A DNA stretch of 64,000 nucleotides from a virus. Lineage: Duplodnaviria; Heunggongvirae; Uroviricota; Caudoviricetes. The DNA lies in the IMG/VR virus record IMGVR_UViG_3300035184_001394, positions 1 to 64,000 of that record. One strand, written 5' to 3'. A program made the translations under genes and the position numbers. Below, piece by piece: positions 58,745 to 64,000 of the stretch. The notes under the pieces are model-generated. The model did not search any database, was not told the origin of the DNA, and was given only the letters and a program-made list of their open reading frames with translations. How positions within the stretch are numbered: the stretch's first letter is position 1; the number at the start of each line of letters is the position of its first letter.

Positions 58745-60910
58745 ATGCAAATAGAAAAGAACATTGCGTTTCTGGTAAATCAGCAATTTCCTGCTATATA
58801 TCGCGAGAGTGGTCCAGAGCTAGTAAATTTAGTTGAAGAGTATTACAACTTTTTAGAAACAGATACGAAGCAAAGTAATTACGTTGGTAGGCGGTTGTTT
58901 GAATATAAAGATATAGCAACAACTGTTTCGAGTATGATAGTATTCTTTCAAAAGAAATATATGGCAGACTTGCCATTTAAAGAAGAGTCTGTTAGATTTA
59001 TATCAAGAAACATAATGGAATTGTATCGTCGCAAAGGAACAAAGGCAGGTATAGAATTATTTTTTAGTGCGTTTTATAACGAAGAAATTGATATATTTTA
59101 TCCGGCTATTAAAATGTTTAAACCATCTGATTCTAAATGGAAGACTGGTATATATTTGCAGATGTTTGTAAATTCAAATTTCTTCGAATCTAATTCTGGG
59201 TTATCATATAATTATAATGATTTGTTAGGTAGAAATATAAAAGGTACGTCGTCTAATGCTAAAGCAGTCGTCGACAAGATAAATTTTGTTGTATTGAATG
59301 GTATAAGCACTGCTATAATTTATATAGAAAAAGTTCAAGGAACTTTCAAGCGTTTTGACGATATCCAAACAAGCATATTAGGTGAAGTTGTTACGTTCGG
59401 CAGAGTAAACGGATCTTTAAGTTCTTTTTTAGTTGACGATGATTTCAACAGTACGTCTGGAAATTCGGTTGGCGATATATTCGATGTTCAGTCTGAATTT
59501 GGTTTTGGTGGTACTGCAATTGTAACAAAAGTATCAGAAGAATTTACAGGTGAAATTAATTATAAAGTAGAAGATGGCGGTTTTGGATACTCAATAGAAA
59601 ATACAAAATTAATAGTATCAGATCAAGTTATTGTATTAGATAATATAGATCTTAGCTTCGTTGTTGGTGAAACTTTGACTGATACTGTTGGTAACACTGG
59701 AACAGTCGTTGGTCAAAATACTAACATCGTTGGTGTTAAAATGATTGCTAATAATGATTTTAGTATTGCTGAAACAATAAGCACTGTTAACAGAACTATT
59801 AACATAGATTTAGATATTTCAGATGTAACAGTCAAAAATTTAACATCACCTGGTCCAATGTTTGCTGATACAGGTGATGCTAATAATGTTATAGTTGAAT
59901 CACTATCAAATCAAGAAGTGATTCAAATTATAACTGATATCATCGAACCATATATAGACGTAGATATTAACAGCCTAGATTACGGGCTTGATGCAAATAA
60001 CAACATGTCTGGAACTGCTGGACAAGTTAATCTCACAACGGTAATTCAAGACGCGTTTGATTTAACTCCTTTTACTATCGGAACAATTGATTCATTTGCT
60101 AACATAAACCCTGGAACTGGTTACGAAAATGATGCGTTTACTATTGCAGTTGACAGCGTAATTCACACGCTAGAACGATATAATCAAATAGTAACATTGT
60201 CTGAACCCTTAGATGCCGCAACGTTTGTAGTAGGTGAGATTATAACAGAAGAAACAACAGGTAAGACTGGAAAAGTTAGATCTGTTAACTCTCAAGACGG
60301 ATTTATTATAATAACTCCATTTTCATATTATGGATTCAGTGGTAGCTATAATGTACTAAAAGAAAATGCAGCGCCTGGCGATGTTAAAATAGTAGAAAGA
60401 GTCGATACAGATTATACATCTGAAGTACACGGTAATAACGCAAAAATAAAAAGTATAACTGAGTTTGCTGTTGGTGCCATTTCAGAAGTTGCAATTAGTG
60501 ACTCTGGATTTGGTTATGTTGATGAGTCAGAAGCTTTCCTATTAGATGGTAATAATAATATAGTAGTAAAAGGAATAATTGAGTCTGATACTCAAGGCAA
60601 AACAGCGGGTTTCTGGTCTTCACTTTCTTCTCACATAAACGGTTATAAGGAATCTGCGAACACTATATCATATTACGATTCTGGAATGAGAATACAAGAT
60701 AGCGATTATTATCAAGAATACTCATATGAAATAAAATCGACTATTGGTATTGAACGATACGAAACACTAGTAAGAGATAATGTACACTTAGCAGGTACTA
60801 AAATGTTTAGTAAATTCTCATACAAGAATAAAACTGGCGGTGGAAACAAACCACGATTTATAAGATTATTTAACGACCAAGGTACAGGTTCACCACTAGA
60901 AGTTGTATAA
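58745..60910 (+). CDS. baseplate wedge structural protein (gp7 position)
   Basis: 721 aa, immediately after gene 6. No motif recognised. Confidence 0.35.
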   Translation: MQIEKNIAFLVNQQFPAIYRESGPELVNLVEEYYNFLETDTKQSNYVGRRLFEYKDIATTVSSMIVFFQKKYMADLPFKEESVRFISRNIMELYRRKGTKAGIELFFSAFYNEEIDIFYPAIKMFKPSDSKWKTGIYLQMFVNSNFFESNSGLSYNYNDLLGRNIKGTSSNAKAVVDKINFVVLNGISTAIIYIEKVQGTFKRFDDIQTSILGEVVTFGRVNGSLSSFLVDDDFNSTSGNSVGDIFDVQSEFGFGGTAIVTKVSEEFTGEINYKVEDGGFGYSIENTKLIVSDQVIVLDNIDLSFVVGETLTDTVGNTGTVVGQNTNIVGVKMIANNDFSIAETISTVNRTINIDLDISDVTVKNLTSPGPMFADTGDANNVIVESLSNQEVIQIITDIIEPYIDVDINSLDYGLDANNNMSGTAGQVNLTTVIQDAFDLTPFTIGTIDSFANINPGTGYENDAFTIAVDSVIHTLERYNQIVTLSEPLDAATFVVGEIITEETTGKTGKVRSVNSQDGFIIITPFSYYGFSGSYNVLKENAAPGDVKIVERVDTDYTSEVHGNNAKIKSITEFAVGAISEVAISDSGFGYVDESEAFLLDGNNNIVVKGIIESDTQGKTAGFWSSLSSHINGYKESANTISYYDSGMRIQDSDYYQEYSYEIKSTIGIERYETLVRDNVHLAGTKMFSKFSYKNKTGGGNKPRFIRLFNDQGTGSPLEVV

Positions 60911-60944
60911 ATAAACAAAAATGTAATTGGAATTCGAGCGAATC

Positions 60945-62558
60945 ATGGCAGAAATATTAACAACTAATTTTAAAACTGATACTACTAAATTATTTACTGC
61001 GAGCGCGCTTAGTAGTGAATATTACCTGTTTGCTTCTAGTATAAATGCTACTGTATCAAATAATGGAATGCGATCAACAAACAACTTTCTAGAGAACACG
61101 TTGTTTGGTAAGAAAGTATTAAACGAAAATAAGTTATTTATGATTAAATATTATCCATGGCAAAGCGGCTTGGTTTATACTCAATACGACGACATAGAAG
61201 ATTTAGAAGATGTTAATTTCTATAGTGTTGTCGGACCAAACAGTAATGATACAGGTGATTATAGAGTATACAAATGTTTAAATAACAATTTTGGTGCAAA
61301 AGTTTCAAGTCCCCCAAATTATAGCGGAGTTACAGTAGATCAAATATATAGAACCGCTGATGGTTATGTTTGGAAGCACATGTATGCGTTAACTGAAATT
61401 GAATTTGACGCGTATAACGCTATCGGATATATTCCAATAATTGGCTCTTTTGATATTTCACCACAACATATAACCAACGGATCTCCGATATCAGACATAA
61501 TTGTGGAAAACATAGATTCTAATAATGGATATACTGTAGATACTGGAACTATAGAAACGGTATACGCCGCCGGTAGCGCTAAACAAGACGAAATGCAAAT
61601 GCGACCTACAACTGAGTTAAATCAAACATTAAATTATTATGTCGGCCAGAGTATCTATATAACAAATACTAGTGGTGTATCGTTTCTTTTTGAAGTTACA
61701 TATTATTCATACGGTGTTGGTGGTTTACCAGTTATTAGTGTAGATGTAACTAACGGAACACCAAACTCGCTTGGGATTCTTAGAGGAGCAACTTTTAGCT
61801 TCTTACCAAGAATAGAAATATTGGGTGACGGTACTGGTGCTCAGGCTGTACCTAACATATCAAACAGCAAAATAAATTCAATCAGTATACTAAATAGTGG
61901 TACTGGTTATAACAATTTATCAGTCAGAGTTGTTGATCCAGAATTTAACTTCGATCCTGAAAATGCTAACACTGTTGAGATAAGCGCTGAAGTAAGAGGA
62001 ATACTTGCACCAAAAGATGGTCATGCTTATAACTTATTAGAAGAATTTAAATGCAGACACATGTTATTATATGCATATATTACAGCGGATAATAACAATA
62101 ATATTGGTGCGACAAACACATATGGTACCGTGGGATTTGTGAAGAATCCAGAGTTTGCAAATACATCACCAGCTGTGTTTGATAATAGAATAGCAGTTAC
62201 TACAGACGATATTGGATCTGTATTAGTAAACACAATAATAACTCAAGTTGACAATAACAATAAAACTATTTTTTCCGGCAAAGTTCACGAAGTTAATCTA
62301 TCGACTAATACGATGTACATCGCTGAGCATTGCGGTCCATACCAAAATGTTGGCAATACAAGCATATCATTTAGTGAAGATTATCCATTTAGATCTGAAA
62401 CAGGTCAAACAATTAATATAAATACACCTATAAATACAAATGTAATAACACCAGAATACACACAAAGAACCGGTGAAGTATACTTTATGGAAGATTTCTT
62501 CCCACTGGATAGAAACATTTTATCAAGAGAAGAGTTTAAACTTGTTCTGGAATTTTAA
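60945..62558 (+). CDS. baseplate wedge structural protein (gp8 position)
   Basis: ORF track, trimmed to the ATG at 60945 (MAEILTTNF...). Assignment by context only. Confidence 0.35.
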   Translation: MAEILTTNFKTDTTKLFTASALSSEYYLFASSINATVSNNGMRSTNNFLENTLFGKKVLNENKLFMIKYYPWQSGLVYTQYDDIEDLEDVNFYSVVGPNSNDTGDYRVYKCLNNNFGAKVSSPPNYSGVTVDQIYRTADGYVWKHMYALTEIEFDAYNAIGYIPIIGSFDISPQHITNGSPISDIIVENIDSNNGYTVDTGTIETVYAAGSAKQDEMQMRPTTELNQTLNYYVGQSIYITNTSGVSFLFEVTYYSYGVGGLPVISVDVTNGTPNSLGILRGATFSFLPRIEILGDGTGAQAVPNISNSKINSISILNSGTGYNNLSVRVVDPEFNFDPENANTVEISAEVRGILAPKDGHAYNLLEEFKCRHMLLYAYITADNNNNIGATNTYGTVGFVKNPEFANTSPAVFDNRIAVTTDDIGSVLVNTIITQVDNNNKTIFSGKVHEVNLSTNTMYIAEHCGPYQNVGNTSISFSEDYPFRSETGQTININTPINTNVITPEYTQRTGEVYFMEDFFPLDRNILSREEFKLVLEF

Positions 62559-62572
62559 AGGAAGCAATCTAA

Positions 62573-64000
62573 ATGCCTATTAACACAGATCTTAATACTG
62601 CACCGTATTTCGACGATTTCGACATAGCAAATCAATATCATAAGATATTGTTCAAGCCTGGGTATGCAGTTCAAGCCCGTGAACTAACACAACTTCAGAC
62701 TATTTTGCAAAGTCAGATAGAGCAGTTTGGAGATAATATCTTTAAAGAAGGTAGCATAGTTAAAGGTTGTAACTTTACAACGCTAGGTGATTTGCAATTT
62801 GTTAAAGTTATTAATGATATTATACCAGCATCACCCGGTGATCCAACTGATATTTTATCATATGTAAGCAAGCGCGTAGTTGAACAAGTCGTAGGTGGAA
62901 ATGATATTGAAGTAGATTATGTGTATGAAATAGTTGGTACAACTTCTGGATTACGAGCAAGTATATTATCTTCTGCTCGTGGTTTTGAATCACGCCCACC
63001 AGATTTAAATACTTTTTACATAAACTATTTAACAACAAACGAAGACAACAATTATAAAGTCTTTCAAGGCGGCGAAGCTTTAACTATAAATTTGTATAAG
63101 TTTAAAGTGGGAACTACTGAAACAGCTTTCCCGCCTGAATTAGGAAAGGCAACAACGAGTGTAACACTATTTAATAATCCTACCGGTCATGCTTATGGAA
63201 TTCAATCTTCACCCGGAATAGTTTTTCAAAAAGGTCATTTCCTGTTCGCAGAAGAACAAACATTGGTGGTTGCAAAATATTCAAATTTACCTGATAGTGT
63301 TGCTGTTGGTTATACAGTACAAGAAAGACTTACTTCTGCACTAACTGATAATTCTTTGTATGATAATGCAAACGGTTCTAATAACGAAAATGCTCCTGGT
63401 GCTGATAGATTAAAATTACAACCTTTACTTACTGTTTTAAGTACTGGCGCTGCTGACTCAGATCCAACGTTCTTTGCTTTAATTAGGTATCAAAACGGAA
63501 ACGAAATTGCTTTGCGCGATGTATCGCAATATAATGTATTAGGCGAAGAACTTGCCAAGAGAACATTCGAAGAATCCGGTAATTACATTTTAAATGATTT
63601 CAAAATAAAGACAGATCGACGTGATAGTGTCGTCAAAGCGCTTGTTGGTACAGGTACTGCATATGTTAAAGGTTTTCGTGTTGAAAATACAGGCGAGCGT
63701 TCATATACGATAGATCAAATCACTGGTACCGAAATTCACAACAGTCAGCCAGTATCATTTAATTATGGATCATACGTTGATGTCGTATCTTATAATGGAC
63801 AGTTTGATATTGATGTTCCAACTCCGGTTCCATTACTAAACGCAAACACTGTTCAAATTGGTACAACTTACGTATCAAATTTAACACCAACTAAATTATT
63901 TTTACATGGTACTCGATTCGATGTCGGTGAAAGATTCGCAAACGTCGCCAAAATAGACGGACCATATGGTGAAGTTACTGTCGGTAATATATTAAAAGAC
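62573..64000 (+). CDS. structural protein with DUF4815-like N-terminus (partial; continues beyond the window)
   Basis: Own translation MPINTDLNTAPYFDDFDIANQYHKILFKPGYAVQARELTQLQTILQSQIEQFGDNIFKEGSIV... is open to the window end. This N-terminus is characteristic of a conserved myovirus baseplate/fibre-associated family. Confidence 0.6.
   Translation, partial: MPINTDLNTAPYFDDFDIANQYHKILFKPGYAVQARELTQLQTILQSQIEQFGDNIFKEGSIVKGCNFTTLGDLQFVKVINDIIPASPGDPTDILSYVSKRVVEQVVGGNDIEVDYVYEIVGTTSGLRASILSSARGFESRPPDLNTFYINYLTTNEDNNYKVFQGGEALTINLYKFKVGTTETAFPPELGKATTSVTLFNNPTGHAYGIQSSPGIVFQKGHFLFAEEQTLVVAKYSNLPDSVAVGYTVQERLTSALTDNSLYDNANGSNNENAPGADRLKLQPLLTVLSTGAADSDPTFFALIRYQNGNEIALRDVSQYNVLGEELAKRTFEESGNYILNDFKIKTDRRDSVVKALVGTGTAYVKGFRVENTGERSYTIDQITGTEIHNSQPVSFNYGSYVDVVSYNGQFDIDVPTPVPLLNANTVQIGTTYVSNLTPTKLFLHGTRFDVGERFANVAKIDGPYGEVTVGNILKD

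Overview
Visibly AT-rich, gene-dense segment of a T4-like (Tevenvirinae-related) myovirus genome. No rRNA, tRNA or CRISPR array was found. All homology calls come from reading the translations against family motifs and T4 sequences recalled from memory; no search or alignment was run. Positions 1-27.5 kb (minus strand) carry T4 replication, recombination and transcription genes (41, uvsX, 32, 59, 33, 43, 46, 47, 55, uvsW, uvsY, 52, 39). These are interleaved with small early genes, a heme oxygenase plus PcyA/PcyX-like bilin reductase pair, and proteostasis genes (GroES-like, ClpP-like, SPFH). Positions 28.6-45.5 kb (plus strand) form an early nucleotide-metabolism and replication block: MazG-like enzymes, gp42-type dCMP hydroxymethylase, dCMP deaminase, dexA, 45, 44, 62, regA and hsp20. 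Positions 45.8-64 kb carry baseplate and tail genes (29, 26/51-like, 2, 4, 48/54-like, 53, 27-like, 5, 25, 6 and wedge proteins). About 28 near-consensus TTGACA-N17-TATAAT early promoter cassettes punctuate the early regions. The gene content (PcyX-like, hsp20) suggests a marine pelagimyophage or cyanomyophage-like virus; this is inference only. The strongest candidate for something new is a translationally coupled six-gene early operon at 33.7-39.7 kb. It encodes an Ino1-type inositol-phosphate synthase, a HAD phosphatase, an FkbM methyltransferase, an aGPT-Pplase-like protein, an SGNH-domain protein and a C5-DNA-methyltransferase-like protein. It lies just downstream of the 5-hmC synthesis genes and just upstream of dexA and a GT-A glycosyltransferase, and I interpret it as a possible undescribed DNA hypermodification pathway. 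Other notable items are a naturally split intein in uvsX, a ROSE-like RNA thermometer candidate in front of hsp20, a gp53 homolog split by an in-frame stop, and promoter-cassette duplications.
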